From: Podarcis melisellensis
Lineage: Eukaryota
DNA: 64,000 nt
Reading direction: 5' to 3' (one strand)
Assembly: GCA_964234715.1 (NCBI GenBank)
Contig: OZ174275.1
How positions within the stretch are numbered: position 1 is the stretch's first letter; every line of letters starts with the position of its first letter. This document shows positions 1 through 12,619 of the stretch, piece after piece. The notes under the pieces are model-generated. The model saw nothing but the letters and a program-made list of their open reading frames with translations, was not told where the DNA came from and searched no databases. Position numbers and translations under genes: made by a program.

Positions 1-699
1 AAGGTTGGGGGAGTCAAAATTGTCTGTTGGATCAGAGTTAGCAAGCTTGTACAGTCAAAGAGACAATGTAGGGTGCCCCTGTTTATAGAAAAGAATCAGT
101 AGCATATATGACAAATTTTGTCCTAGTTGTTTAGTTTCCTGACTTGAGAATAAGGAGAAAATTGGTAAGATCAGAACCAGCTGTTCTCCAGGTTTCTTTC
201 ACCGAGTGGACTGCACTGCGCCATGTGGGAGATGAACTGTAGCTTTTAATGGCATCTATTTTCTCTGCTGAGATTGCCTATGATGACAGAGATAGAAATT
301 TTTTAAATAAAATAAAAATAATTATGCTGATGGGGTATTTTCCCAGCTTGTAGTAAGCGTATTACCTGCCCTCAGGCTCTGGAACACTGGTAAGCTGTTT
401 GCTTACAATATAAGCCCTGGAAACAGATGGTCAGTCCCCTGCTATTGCTGTCAGCCAAAGGCAGCCTTGGTCTTGGCCTTGTTGTATAAGGGAGACTTCT
501 GATTCCATCAACGAGGCAGAAATATTAGTTTCTGACAAATAAATCATCCCCATCCCTTCTACTAATTGTGGAACACATTTCAGAGTCCACGGTTTTCTCT
601 TTTCAGTGTGTTAGGCACTTGGATTTATGTAGTTTTTCCTGCCACGTGCTTTCCTTTGTGGCAAGAATGCTTATATGTAATGTTGCATAGAGGCTGCCC

Positions 700-768
700 C
701 ATAGAGAGTCGGCCAATCTCAGTTGAACACAAGACCTTCAGATGTTCAACCCATTGAGCTACAGCCCT
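700..768 (-). mobile_element. Degenerate tRNA-derived SINE head
   Basis: Reverse complement reads GGGCTGTAGCTCAATGGGTTGAACATCTGAAGGTCTTGTGTTCAA, i.e. A-box and B-box-like motifs with an internal deletion. No cloverleaf. Confidence 0.4.
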
Positions 769-2117
769 TTCTAAACCACCAATAACTTGCCAGTCCCTTC
801 CCAAAGAGAGTACTGAATTATTATTATTTTAACCATGAACTGTGAAATCCATTTACTATACTTATCACTGAGCCAGTCTTGGGTGTGCAGTCTTGCCACA
901 CATAGCCATAAATGCTCACTTGCCACACATATCTAATACAGTACATAAGTCATTGGTTGGCTCAAAGAAACAGCTTTCGTAAAATAAAATTTTGCTTGGT
1001 GATCTAGCAACCAGTGAATTGTAAGTTATGACAGCTTACTTTAGTTCCCATTTTCTTGGAACCGGTGGTCAAACAGGCGGAGAAATATGGTACAAATTGA
1101 AAACCTTTTAAGATTAAAATTCCTAAATGTACACTGATATGTTTTATTCAGCTTGTTAACCCTCCTCAGGGTCTATAATTGAGGGCAGGTCCTGTGTTGG
1201 TGGTGGATGGGGGTGGTGTGGAAGAAACTAACTGATTCCTACTGCTTTATCTAATAAACTTCTGTATCATCAGTGTTAGTCCCACCCAAACATTCCTGTG
1301 CATTAACTAGGCCTGTGGGCATCATCATCGTCAATAGATCAGTGCAGAGACCAGCACATCTGTTAAAACATGGATTGTGATGGGAAAAGCTTACATGGGT
1401 ATAATTACATGGGTGTAAATGAGCCTTTTTTATGATCCATTTGCTCCCTGATGGGGTTAGTAGCCTTTATATGTATGAGGGAATAGCACTTTTTCCATTT
1501 TACATCTACTCAATATTTTAAAGAGCCAGACCAAACCCAATTTCAGATACGTATATAATGGGCGAAATGAAACTGTGTGTTACAGCGAAGTGAAGCTGAA
1601 TACAAGCATGAACAGATCCCAGAAGCACAACATTGGGTGCCCTCCACTGCAATTAAAAGAGAGGGAGGGCAGACCAAGGAAGCAGACATTGGAAGTGCTA
1701 TTGATGTATCACTGATGTGGTCAAAGAAGCACTTGGGATGATAATGTTGCTCTCTTTGCTCTCCCATCCAACACAGAACTTATTTTTATTTTTATCACTG
1801 AAGGCCCTTGCAATATGTGTGTCAGGTGAGGTATGTGTATAAGAATGAAATTTATAATTTATTAGGAGGCAGTAGAACGTGAGCCAGCAGACTGCAAGCA
1901 AGAGGCCAATTATACCTGTAACAGGGTAGCCATAGCCAACGACTTGTCACACTCCAGTGGACGGCACTACTAATGTACAGTTCCCAGGATTAAAAGTTGG
2001 CCGTCTAGTGTGCACCCAAGTGCATCTCAAAGCAATAAGCTTTAGTGATGTAGAGATGTATCTTAATCACAGTGCCTACTCTAGTATCAGTTACTGGTTT
2101 CTAAATCTTAAATCCAG

Positions 2118-2340
2118 AATGGTGTAGTGTTTAATAGAATGAGCTGTGGACCAGCAAATCCCTGTTTCAAATTTCACGGCAGTCATGAACTCATTGAGTG
2201 CCCTCCAGCACACTTAGGTTTCAGCCTTATTCCTACTTGTAATAACTAGATGATAATATTGGCCTGCCTTATTGGGGTGTTGGAGAGATTGCTGAGGTCA
2301 TGTTGCTAAAAAGTACATTGTATGCTGAGGAAAAATGCTC
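2118..2340 (+). mobile_element. Old MIR/CORE-like (Squam3A-like) SINE relic
   Basis: tRNA-like start TGGTGTAGTGTTTAATAG...GTTTCAAATT, then CORE-like TTTCAGCCTT...TGATAATATTGGCCTGCCTTATTGGGGTGTTGGAGAGATT. Highly diverged. Confidence 0.5.
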
Positions 2341-2695
2341 TATGAATTACCTGTCAATAATGTAAGCAAAATGAGTACTGCATTTTAATAATCTCTGCCT
2401 AAATTTGCAATATAACTTGCAATTTCTTGTAATAACTGCTTGTTGTTTTTTTAAGCATATGTATGGTAACCCTTACTACTAAACAGAAGTTTAATGCAGC
2501 ATTGAAATGCTAATCTAAAATCTGCAAAGCAGAAGACAAATGAGATTAAGGCATAAACTATCAACATGTTTTACATGAGCAAATGGATTTTTGATAACTT
2601 AGTTGTAGGCAGCTCTATGATTTTTTTCTGAAACATGTAGTGGATTGATTTTCTTTGTAAAGAAAAATGTTCTGTTAAATTTTTTTTTCTGGCAG

Positions 2696-2766
2696 GGTGT
2701 GGGCACTGTAAGAAAATGAAGCCGGAATATGAGAATGCCGCTGAGATGCTCCACGCAGACAGTGAT
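2696..2766 (+). CDS. PDIA5: PDIA5 internal coding exon, second thioredoxin active site: (W)CGHCKKMKPEYENAAEMLHADSD
   Basis: Polypyrimidine tract plus cag acceptor (AG 2694-2695), 71 nt, donor gtaagc at 2767. Translation matches PDIA5 WCGHCKKMKPEFE...; phase 0 joins the next exon. Confidence 0.96.
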
Positions 2767-3912
2767 GTAAGCTAATTCCCTCTTCTTACCCTGTTTCCAA
2801 ATTATCCTTAATAAATAAATGAAATCATAAAAATTGTTCTCCTTTCTTGCTGCAAGAATTTCAGCTGTTCTCATCTTCCCAAGGGGCTGCAAAAGCGATG
2901 GTTCCAAAGTAGAAGCTCATCGGTAATGCATGAGCTCTGCCAGAATTGTTAGCAAGAACATTCTGTCTTTAAACACAAACAAAACATTCACAGGGTGTTT
3001 ATATATTCAGCCGTAGAACCTTGCATTGTACATAACATGATTGAGCCCAAAAGCTGCACAGAAATGTTTTGTCCCCACCATTAATTACAGATTTCATGTA
3101 TAACACAAACCTATGAAAGCATTGGCTTGCATTTAACGCTGTGCACTTGTGAGCTAATAAGGGTGTTCTCCCCTTCTGTTTAAGCAGGTGTTACTGACTT
3201 TGACTTGATTTTCTGCCTACCTATTGTGCATTCCAGTAATGCAGAGAAGAGTTAGGCACGACTGCTATCATTAGTATAATTAAAACCATGCACTAATAGG
3301 TCATGCAACAAGAGCTGGCCTCACTGCATAATTTGAGCACTTGTTAACTATGTTCTGGTAGTATCTTTATATTTTGGGGGAGGGGGAGCGGTTTTCACCT
3401 GCTGTTTAATGGCTGAAGGACTTGAGACATAAAGGTGGGTAGAATTTTGCAAACCCAGGAAAAACCATCATGGAGGCTTGCGCTACAAATGGAAAGTCTT
3501 GGTGAGTAAATGCTCTTCATTCAAGGCTCGGGGCCATGCTAGGTCATCCCATCATTACACATGTGCAGCAAGTGTTGATGTTTTTTATTGTTTTATCCTT
3601 TTATGATTCTTTTTTAAACAATCAAGCGGTATATAAGTTTTTTGAAATAAATGTACATTGGCCAGTTAATAGTTTCACAGCTTTTATTCTCCCTTTCTGC
3701 AACATATAGCAATAATGCTTTAGTAAATTGGATGGAAATTTTCCTGTAAGGATTTACCCTTAAAGTGGAAAAACATTATTTGTCTTAACAAAACTGATTA
3801 AACCGTTCTGCTATTTGTGGTGATAGAAAGGTTCAAGTACACCTTTCTATGTATGCTTTGCACTTCCTTTGTAAAACCCATTCTGGGCTCTGAATGGCTG
3901 GCCTATGAATTC

Positions 3913-4187
3913 ATATATATATATATATAAATTTTTATTAAGTTTTTCTTTAACAAATAATTTTGACAACCATGTTTACCAATTTACAGTTTTTGAACTT
4001 CCACCAGTACCTCCTTCAATCATCCATTTTTCACATCTTTACACATTTTCTATGTAGTATTGCCGATTTGATAATAACCTTCCATCTCAGTTTCTTTCTT
4101 ACAATATACCTTGGTTTATCACAAAGCCTCTTTAAAACCCACTAGCGTTGTCTGTTCATCACATACAGTTTTCAGATATTCCGTAAA
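3913..4187 (-). mobile_element. 5'-truncated L1-clade LINE (ORF2 C-terminal tip plus 3' UTR) with (TA)n tail and 15-bp TSD
   Basis: Perfect direct repeat CTGGCCTATGAATTC at 3898-3912 and 4188-4202. Minus strand starts FTEYLKTVCDEQTTLVGF (L1 ORF2-end-like) and ends AATAAAAATTT followed by (TA)n. Confidence 0.75.
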
Positions 4188-4268
4188 CTGGCCTATGAAT
4201 TCTTAGTCTCCTTCCTAAGCTTCAAAACCAGTGATTTGTAGTTACAGGTATTACTTTTTATATTGCAG

Positions 4269-4432
4269 AGACCAGGTGTCCTGGCAGCAGTAGATGCTAC
4301 TGTCAACAAAGCTGTAGCAGAAAGGTTTCATATATCAGGATTTCCAACCCTCAAGTACTTCCAGGATGGAGAAGAGAAATATACTTTGCCACACCTCCGA
4401 ACAAAGAGTAAAATTGTTGAATGGCTCCAAAA
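4269..4432 (+). CDS. PDIA5: PDIA5 coding exon: RPGVLAAVDATVNKAVAERFHISGFPTLKYFQDGEEKYTLPHLRTKSKIVEWLQ(N)
   Basis: ttgcag acceptor, 164 nt, donor gtaagt at 4433. Contains the thioredoxin cis-Pro motif GFPTLKYF; phases match both flanking exons. Confidence 0.97.
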
Positions 4433-5061
4433 GTAAGTGGTAGGCACCAAAGATTTATCAAGATTAACAACTAGCCACAGATGGTTACTTTTTAAAGATG
4501 TTTAAAAATATATATTTTAGCAGCTCCATCTCTTTCCATTTAACTCTTTTATTTAAAACACCCCAATTCAATCTGTGGTGTCCCACAGAAAGCTAAACAA
4601 ACATGGGGTATGTTTAGCCAGGAGGTAGTTTTGTCAGTATTTTCCAAACTAAATGGGATTGTGCTTTCAGGTAGCTTGAGAACAGCAAACACCATGAAAA
4701 GTGAATGGTGTACGGGAGGGAGAAGGAAGGTTGTTGCCACAGTGGAAATGTATTAGCTATTCTGTACTTCTTCTTTTTTTACAAATCTTTCATATATTTT
4801 ATAAGCATATCAAGGATATGATGGGACAGAGCAGAGATACCCTCCTTGCTACTTTGACTTGGAAGATATGGCTGACTTTCCTCAGATCTGGGGTTGTTTC
4901 ATAAAATCCTGGTTGTGTTTTTGTTTAAACATAGTGTTTTACAAATAATAGTTTCCTGCAGTTTGCATGAAACATAGATTGCCTTCAAAACTGAAACTTA
5001 GCAGCTGTGAGGAACAGGAACCCTACATCACATTCCTAATCCTCCAGACTATGGTTTGGAA

Positions 5062-5494
5062 CAGGGGTGGGGAATTTCCAGACCCTGTGCCAAACTTGGC
5101 CCACCAGGGGTTCAGATTTGGCCCACAAGGTCATTTGCCCCCAAACCACCTGACTCACACCTCATGTCACATGCGGGGGGGGGGTGAGCGTAGAAACAGA
5201 GCTGTCAATGCACAATCAAGAGTCTTTAAAGCTGTTCCTGATTGTGTACTGGCAAGGGAAACAGGCTTTGTCACCGTCGCTTGCTAGCCGATGGGTGGTA
5301 AAGCCAAAGTCTTGGGCATTTTAAACCATGCAGGGTGCACTTGTGCTTTGAAGTCCCAACTTCAAAGTATCCAATCCTTTGATGTCATTGTGACGTCAGA
5401 CAGTTGACAGCAGGGCAGCCTCACCTATCTGTCAGTTTGACCTGCAAGGCTAGGAATTTACAGGGATCTGGACCACAAAGCCCAAACAGCCCTG
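5062..5494. mobile_element. Degraded non-autonomous hAT-like element
   Basis: Starts CAGGGGTGGGGAA with GGCCC subterminal motifs and ends ...CCCTG. No clear TSD. Confidence 0.4.
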
Positions 5495-5540
5495 TAGCAT
5501 ACCTTCCATGCTAGATGAGGCACCATTTAGCTGCCACGGG

Positions 5541-5543
<3 letters not shown>

Positions 5544-5587
<44 letters not shown>

Positions 5588-5607
5588 GGAGAGAGAGAGA
5601 GAGAGAG
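5544..5607. repeat. (GA)n microsatellite
   Basis: Direct reading, with a few GGGA interruptions. Confidence 0.95.
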
Positions 5608-7313
5608 GTGCTGCTACTGCTGAGTACTGTCACAAAAATAGTCCTTACATTTAGCAATAAGTAGCCAGTCCTGCTCTACTCATCACAAAAACTGCAGAAT
5701 AAACAAACTCTTATTGCTTACTACAGGCTAAAGTCTGTTCACTCAATACCTTCCCTGAGGGTGGATTTTTCATGATCACAATCACCCTATTATTACTTAA
5801 GTGAAACTCTTGAGTGAGCAAACTTTCGGGGATTTTTTTCAGATGAGGCTTGCCCTGCCTATCAACATAATTAAGCATAAGCTCCTATTATTAAATCACC
5901 CATATTCTTAAAACAAAAAAAGTTGTCATCCTTTGTATGGAGGTTGACATTGTCTGTCATGTCAAAAATTAGACAATTTAAAAAAACTTGGGGGCAGAGT
6001 CCTACACTGGCTACAGGGCTGCTCCCACGCCGCTGGTTTGGAAGAATGGAAACATTATATTTGAAGCAACCTAGTACCTTGCGTTTGTGCAGCTACCAAA
6101 GAGGAAAAAATTGTCTTCCTTTTTTTACAAAGGACTGTTAAGTGAATTTGTAAAGTTTGGCAGCAGTAGGTAAACACTATTGCGTGTGCTTTTTGTTTGT
6201 TTTGTTTTGCACAAAATATTTGCTTTTGGGGGAAATAACATATTTTGCCCCAAACCCTAACAGGCCCACCACTTGGATGGATTGGGAAAAATGTGTTGAG
6301 CCTAAGCTTAATGCATATTGAAAACTGTGTAATTCCAAGAGGCAGGACTTACTGGTGGTGGCATTCTTGTTGATGGTTACAGAGCTTATTCATTATGAAA
6401 GCTGCCAATTAGCCAAGGGCAAATTGCATCATTTTGAATCAAATGGTAATGTACTACTGCATACAGGGGAAAATACAAAAGTGTCCTTTGGAGAGAGGGT
6501 GTGTGAATTCTTAATGGTTTGTAGGCGAAAAAATTAAATTTGCCAGGTTGGCATTAAGGGTGCATAAAAAGACTCCTTTTATTTTGAAAACTACTTGGCA
6601 GTGCTGGAATTTAAACTATATAATTGGGAAACATGTGCCTTCAGGCATATACCCTCTACTTTTTGAGCATCTGAGTTTTAATTAACAGTATTTTGCACTT
6701 TTATTATCTGTGGTTCTTGAAAGATCATTATAGTAAGTTTAATTAATTTAGCTTCACTATGGCTTTATGAAAGCGTTTCAGCTATACATACCTTAAATAC
6801 TAATACGGTGAATAGTGAGAGACTCTCCAACTAGACATGGTTCCCACAGGATGTCTTATCTATCACAGAGCTACAATTCAGTGGCTGCAAGAAACTAAGT
6901 TGCTCTTGGTGTAGTAGGAAACATGTTTAACTCCGGTTATCAGGTTCTAATGGTAGCACGATGTCTGAACTCACCAAGCTGTGGTTAATCTTAACTACGC
7001 TTTATTGAATCATAATAGGTAGTTTGAAGTTAATTTTTTATTGGGTTTGGATAAAACAACAAACTGATGGTGATTGAAAATGTAGGGCAAAGCTTCTGAT
7101 CTTCTCCTTTGCACCCAACATGGGAAAAGGAAAGGAGAGTGCAAATTCCAAGGCTTCTTGTCAATCATTTCAACCCTGATAAACCATGGTATAACATGAT
7201 GTCTGAATCAGTTCTAAGTAAATGAGACAGGTAACTTTTTTAATAAAACACTTAGTTTGACAAAGTTCTGCCAAAGACGGCTTTGGCATTTTGTGTCTAT
7301 TCTTACCAGTAAA

Positions 7314-7453
7314 CAGTGGTGGGGCGTGCAGGGGGGGCCGGCCGCACCGGGCGCAACATCTGGGGGTTAGGGTTAGGGGGCGCAAATCCACGGGTTAGGG
7401 GGCGCAAATTACTTGCCTTGCCCTGGGTGCTGACAACCCACGCTACGCCACTG
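7314..7453. mobile_element. 140-bp hAT MITE with 8-bp TSD, containing TTAGGG-like repeats
   Basis: TSD CCAGTAAA at 7306-7313 and 7454-7461. Imperfect TIRs CAGTGGTGGGGCGTG / CACGCTACGCCACTG. CpG-rich interior. Confidence 0.85.
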
Positions 7454-7494
7454 CCAGTAAAAAAAAAAAAGCTAAAACATTATTCAATCTTCAG

Positions 7495-7625
7495 TCCACA
7501 GGCGCCACCTCCACCTGAACCAACTTGGGAAGAAAGGCAAACAAGTGTAATCCATCTAGCAGGAGAAGACTTCAGGGAATCTCTGAAGAAAAAGAAACAT
7601 GCTCTTGTGATGTTCTATGCTCCAT
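7495..7625 (+). CDS. PDIA5: PDIA5 coding exon: (N)PQAPPPPEPTWEERQTSVIHLAGEDFRESLKKKKHALVMFYAP(W)
   Basis: ttcag acceptor, 131 nt, donor gtgagt at 7626. Start of the third thioredoxin domain (LVMFYAPW); visible at the end of ORF 7316..7633. Confidence 0.97.
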
Positions 7626-8443
7626 GTGAGTAGATGCTTATCTGAATTGCCTCTAATCATGCAAGTACATAGAGTGCACAGGAAAGAATAATAACTTTTC
7701 AGTGCTTTTACACAAAACTAGACATGAGTGCATTCTGAGAAGTATTAGTCCATTGCTCATTTAAAGGATGAGTTTTAGATATGCTCAGAAATGCATCTCA
7801 ATTCTCTGTCAATTTGGCCCTCATGATATTGATTGGGCCAGCACTGTGGGGGAGCCAACTGTATTGGAAAGGTAGGTCCAACATCAGAACTGTCTCCCTG
7901 ACATTAGAGAGGGCTCCTCAATACAACCTGTGGCCTCTGGGTTGCTCTCTTCGGCGTGTAGCCTTTGTTTGTTTGAAAGAAAAATAAGAAACTGCAGGTA
8001 ACAAGCCTTTTTCTGCACCAATATGAGCCACTCTGTAGCTGAGAAGAACATATTGGTGTTCTGAACATTTAGTATAATGACTTTAGCTTTTATGTAGAAA
8101 TATGCTGAACTTCAAAATTCCTAAATGAATGTTATGGCAATGCTACCAAGCAGTTGAAATTCTAACGCTGCCTTTTAGAAACAATGAAGAGCATAATCCA
8201 CAGTCTGGTTAAGACCAAATGCTTGCTTAAGCTTTGTAGTTTTAATAACTTCAGAAGGTTTTGCTGGCTGTGTTCCATGTATGCTAGTTCTGTAGTGCAC
8301 TGAATTGCACAAACACGCTGATGGTCATGTATGCAAGTTTCACCCTGAAAATTATTTCTCCAGTAGATTTACTCATAACACTCGTCTGTCCTTCCTTAGT
8401 TCTAGCAGGACCATTTTGAGGAAAGTATGTCATAGTCTTCAGT

Positions 8444-8605
8444 GTCACAGCTACACCGCATGTCTAAAGCACATAGCTTCCCCCAAAGAATCATAGGAAC
8501 TGTTGCTTAATGGTTCTGGGAATTATACTCAGTGAGGGGTAAACTACAGTTCCCAGAATTATTTGAGGGAAGACATATGGTTTAACTGTCTGGCATGAAC
8601 ATGAC
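8444..8605. mobile_element. Palindromic non-autonomous DNA transposon (MITE) relic
   Basis: Inverted arms CTTCCCCCAAAGAATCATAGGAACTGT / ACAGTTCCCAGAATTATTTGAGGGAAG. A related partial copy lies near 55501-55600. Confidence 0.6.
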
Positions 8606-10582
8606 AATGAATTTTGAGATATGTTGTCATAATTCGAAATGTAAAGTGAGCTGCAGTTGGTTGGATGTGTTTCTTAAAACCTTTGAGATAAAAACTCCAC
8701 TACAGATCCTAATTTAGTAATAGAAATACCTTTAATTTGATGCTATGATGAATCCTATAACTAATGTATTTACATCTGCGGTAATATTATCATTTCCTGT
8801 GCTCATGAGGCTCTGAGACTCTTAAGTTTTATTTCAGAAAAATGTACGAGTGCATGTGGTACCTTTGATATATAATGCACTCATATACGCACAGCCTCTT
8901 CTTAATCAAGCACTGTATGGTGTAACTACTGAATATTTCAAATCTCTGCTTGCAGTGAGATACTTATTAGGGAAACCGAACAAATACAAATCATCATGTA
9001 GTGAGACGGTTCCTTTTCTCCACTGGTAATGTGCCTTCTGTTAAATTTGATAGATTATCGTTGTTTATCTCTTTCTCAATCACGGAGCCTCTCGGGGTTT
9101 TTATGCCTACCAATTACCACTAACTTGCTTATTTTAGTGCAGAAGGAGAACGACTAAGATGGCCCAGCAAATAATTTTCTTTTCCTATTCAGAGCCGTAT
9201 CCCAGGTCAGTGAAGCTCCTCAGCCAAGGCCACCATACTGTGTTCAATAAAGAGTTGCAAACGCCTTGCATGATTAGGGTTTGTTTTTCGATCTGCTTGA
9301 ACTCTTTGATGCTTTCTAAAGCCTTCAGTTTAATTAGGTGAATAGTTGGTGCAGGTATAATTGCAGCTGGCAAATCCCCACAAATAGTTGCTGAAATGTA
9401 TAGCATCTTTATTTGAGATCTTATGGAAGATCCCAATGGCTACTTAATAAAACTGCACCTTCCCATTCAGTCACTTTAGGAACTCCTACGATTGTCTATT
9501 ATTCCCCATTTCAGACATGGGGAAATGAAATAGAAAACCTTCTGAAATAGGACGCTGAGTAGAGGAATAGATTACCCATAGCAGAAAGGGTGAAAAAGGT
9601 GAAATGGATTACAAAGTAGGATAGAGTAGGCCTCTTACTATGTGTGTCTCACGATGATAATGATAAATAATAGTCGGGTAATATAACTGGCACACTGTCA
9701 AATTTCTTCTCTGTTTCCCTTTGCAATGCCATTTCTGCATTTGGCTTTTTCATAGTACTTGAAATTTTAATTGCTAGCTGCCCCCATGCCTAAAACCACA
9801 GGGCACTTTATCTGCATTCATCAGAGTGCAGTCCATTTCTACCATTTCTACTACCCCTTGTGTGCTTCAACTGGCATTGGCCAGTTGGTGCTTAATCCAT
9901 GTAAATTGGAAGACTTGTTGCGCCTGCACAAAAAAGCCCAGGATACATATACCATCATTAGCATCTAATCCAATGCAGCATCACAAAGCATGTGTTGTGT
10001 TGTTGTTGTTTTTAGGAAAAAAATTATTAAATTTTCCATTTTAACAATCCAATTAAAACCACATTAAAACATTCCAAATTATGATACAATGAAAAGAGCC
10101 AAATACTCAATGCCAAATTATATATATTTTTGGTGACTTCCTCATGCTCTGAAGTTCATGTGTTGTGTTGTTCTGGTGTGCTATCATTCCTTACATTCTT
10201 GATGCAGGCAGGTGCTACTGTTCAAATATGAGATAGGAAGCTGGATAGCTCCCCTTTTCGCATACAATGCTAAACCATGGTTTAACTTTGCTTGCATGGG
10301 CAGCAGTGAATCTTGGGCTCATGCTCTCCCCTCTGACTTGGCTGTGAAGAAATGGTTGAAGGCTTTCACTTCCAGTTTTAAAATGGCCAGAATTCCTCAT
10401 TACATTTGATCTCATAGGATGAAACAGTGGTTTATGATCCTAATTTATTAACAAACCATGGTTTAAACTGACCAGCATTCCCCCAAGTTCTGATGAAATA
10501 AGTAATTCTGGTTAGCAGAATATTGGAAGTGAAAGCCATAAGATAAGAGGGGAGGGAGGCATGCATTCATTTGCAGAAGACC

Positions 10583-10700
10583 ATGTAAGAGCAGCTTTGC
10601 TGGATCAGACTAAAATCCCACCTAGCCTAGCACCTTGTTATCACAGTGGCCAATCAGATGCTGATGGGAAGCATGAAAACAAGACCAAAAAGAAGCAGCA
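10583..10700 (-). mobile_element. Old CR1 LINE 3'-end fragment
   Basis: GCTGGATCAGAC...CTAGCAC..TGTT.TCACAGTGGCCAATCAGATGC, homologous to the copy at ~41470-41670. Confidence 0.55.
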
Positions 10701-10708
10701 CTCTAGTA

Positions 10709-10711
<3 letters not shown>

Positions 10712-10758
<47 letters not shown>
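10712..10758. repeat. (ATT)n microsatellite
   Basis: Direct reading. Confidence 0.95.
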
Positions 10759-11261
10759 TAGAAAGAGAGACTGTCTACGACAGGGGCCCAACTCTCATTA
10801 GTAAGCATGAATCACTGCAACTCCCTTCTTAGAGAAGTTAGACTGGCTCCCTCCTTGCTGTCCTTCTTCTGACTATTCCTTATTCCAATAGGCCTTTTAT
10901 TGTAATTATCGGTATGTTTTAAACAGATTTTATATATGTATATAGTTTTAATTCTATGTTTAATAGTATTTTGATTATTGATTTCCCCATGTTTTTAGCA
11001 GTTCTTGTTTTTATCTGTAAGCTGCCTTGAGGCGGGGAATAAATAAATTATTAATAATAATAATAATCTTAACAGTAATACAGGTTTCGTTTTACTTTTA
11101 AATTTTGTTGTCACCTGCATGAAAAGGATTTCAGTTAGTTACCTGACTATGTAATGAGACAAAAATTGTGTTTTTAAATAACTGTCAGATACCATACATA
11201 ATTATGTACCAGTCTTTATTATGGATATATAGCCTCTCCACATGCTACTTTAAACATAATT

Positions 11262-11539
11262 AAACCATAGTTTAAAGGTGAATGCGCGGCCTTCTGGCTC
11301 ACACTGGTGAAATCACAGGCACTTTACTTCTCCCCCGCTCCTCCTGCTGCTATGGTTGCAAACCTTGGTTATAACTCAGGGTATGTTGGGAGAGGAACAA
11401 ACCATAACTCCGGTTTGAATAAAACACTAAGCCAGACCATAATTTAGCACCCAGTGCAGCTGGAGCAAGGGATGAGCAAAGCACCTACAGTTGTAGCACT
11501 GTGCAACAGCATATTCATTCACCTTTAAATCATGGATTT
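11262..11539. mobile_element. Old inverted-repeat DNA transposon relic
   Basis: Inverted repeats AAACCATAGTTTAAAGGTGAATG ... CATTCACCTTTAAATCATGGATTT. Related AACCATGGTTT-rich relics lie near 6930-7210 and 10270-10560. Confidence 0.5.
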
Positions 11540-11759
11540 AGCTCAGTTGTGGTTTGTGACATACAAACCAAGCCATTGACTAGATGCAAAAGAGAGCAGG
11601 AAAGGTTCTGCACTGTTGATAGCTATGAGGAAGGGAGAACTCTGAAAGCGTCCACTTCTCCTTACAAGGATAAGAAAAGCTGCACCTCTTTAATTCTTCC
11701 TTTTATTTAAGGACAAGGTAAGCAGGGAATCCTGTAAGCAGGAGTCATTAGCAGGAGTC

Positions 11760-11896
11760 CAGGAGTGGGGAGCCTATGGCTCACCAGATGTTTCTCGACT
11801 GCAACTCCCATCACCCCTGATCACTGGACATGCTAGCAGGGCCTGTGGGGAGATGGACTCCAAAAACATCGGGGGGTTGCAGGTTTCCCATTTCTG
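11760..11896. mobile_element. Diverged copy of the ~135-bp hairpin hAT MITE
   Basis: CCAGATGTT..GACTGCAACTCCCATCA.CCCTG arm and its inverse. Same family as 19925-20062. Confidence 0.65.
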
Positions 11897-12619
11897 CTCT
11901 ATTACAATAATGGTTATAGTCCCTAGATTTTTTTAAAGAACAAAAGTGCTTTCTATTAGAAGAAAGAAACAAGAAGACAAAAGTTTGCCTTTCATCCAAA
12001 TGCTGCATAAGGATGGCAATTGCCAATATTATTAACTTTTTGAATGGCTTCAATTTGCAGACCTCTACAGGGTGCATGGAATTGATGTTTCTTGTAGATG
12101 ATTTGCAGCACAAAGCTGATATCCAGTTCGCTTTATTAATCATAAGAGAAAATTTCAGTTAACTTGAAATAATGATAGTTGGCTTATGAAACCCCTTGAA
12201 GAGGATAATTGCAGCCATGATCTATGAGCACTAGATGGAGGGCACCAGAACCTACCGCCTTTACTCCCCTTCTGTTGGCTGCATTTGTATTGAACCAATT
12301 AATGCTAAACAACTGCTGTGTTTGTTCCTGAGATAATGATTATCTTTCCCTGCTTTTCAGAAAGCTTTCTTTTTCCAAATTACAAAATTGGACATGTTAA
12401 GATATGAATGTTCTGCTTTTTGTTACCTTTCATAGACCCCCTGGAGAGTCTCAGAATACTGTGATGGGGTGTTGTTAGCAGAATAATGTGCCTCAGGTTT
12501 TTAAAATGACTGTTTCTTTATGTAATTTTCTTGCTGCTATAAAGGTACACCTTGGTACCATTGCAAAGTAGCTGTCATGTGCCTCAATACAGGTCCCATT
12601 CAGAAGCTCTTGGGGCAAC

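Noticed and set aside
1-2695. The preceding PDIA5 exon (..VLVMFHAP)
   Set aside because: No matching reading frame with splice sites was found, so it presumably lies upstream of the window.
7360-7402. Interstitial telomere or chromosome fusion scar
   Set aside because: There are only three TTAGGG units, and they lie inside a TSD-flanked MITE.
10561-10761. Poly-Ile 'membrane' ORFs (also 16903..17097)
   Set aside because: They are translations of (ATT)n and (AAT)n microsatellites.
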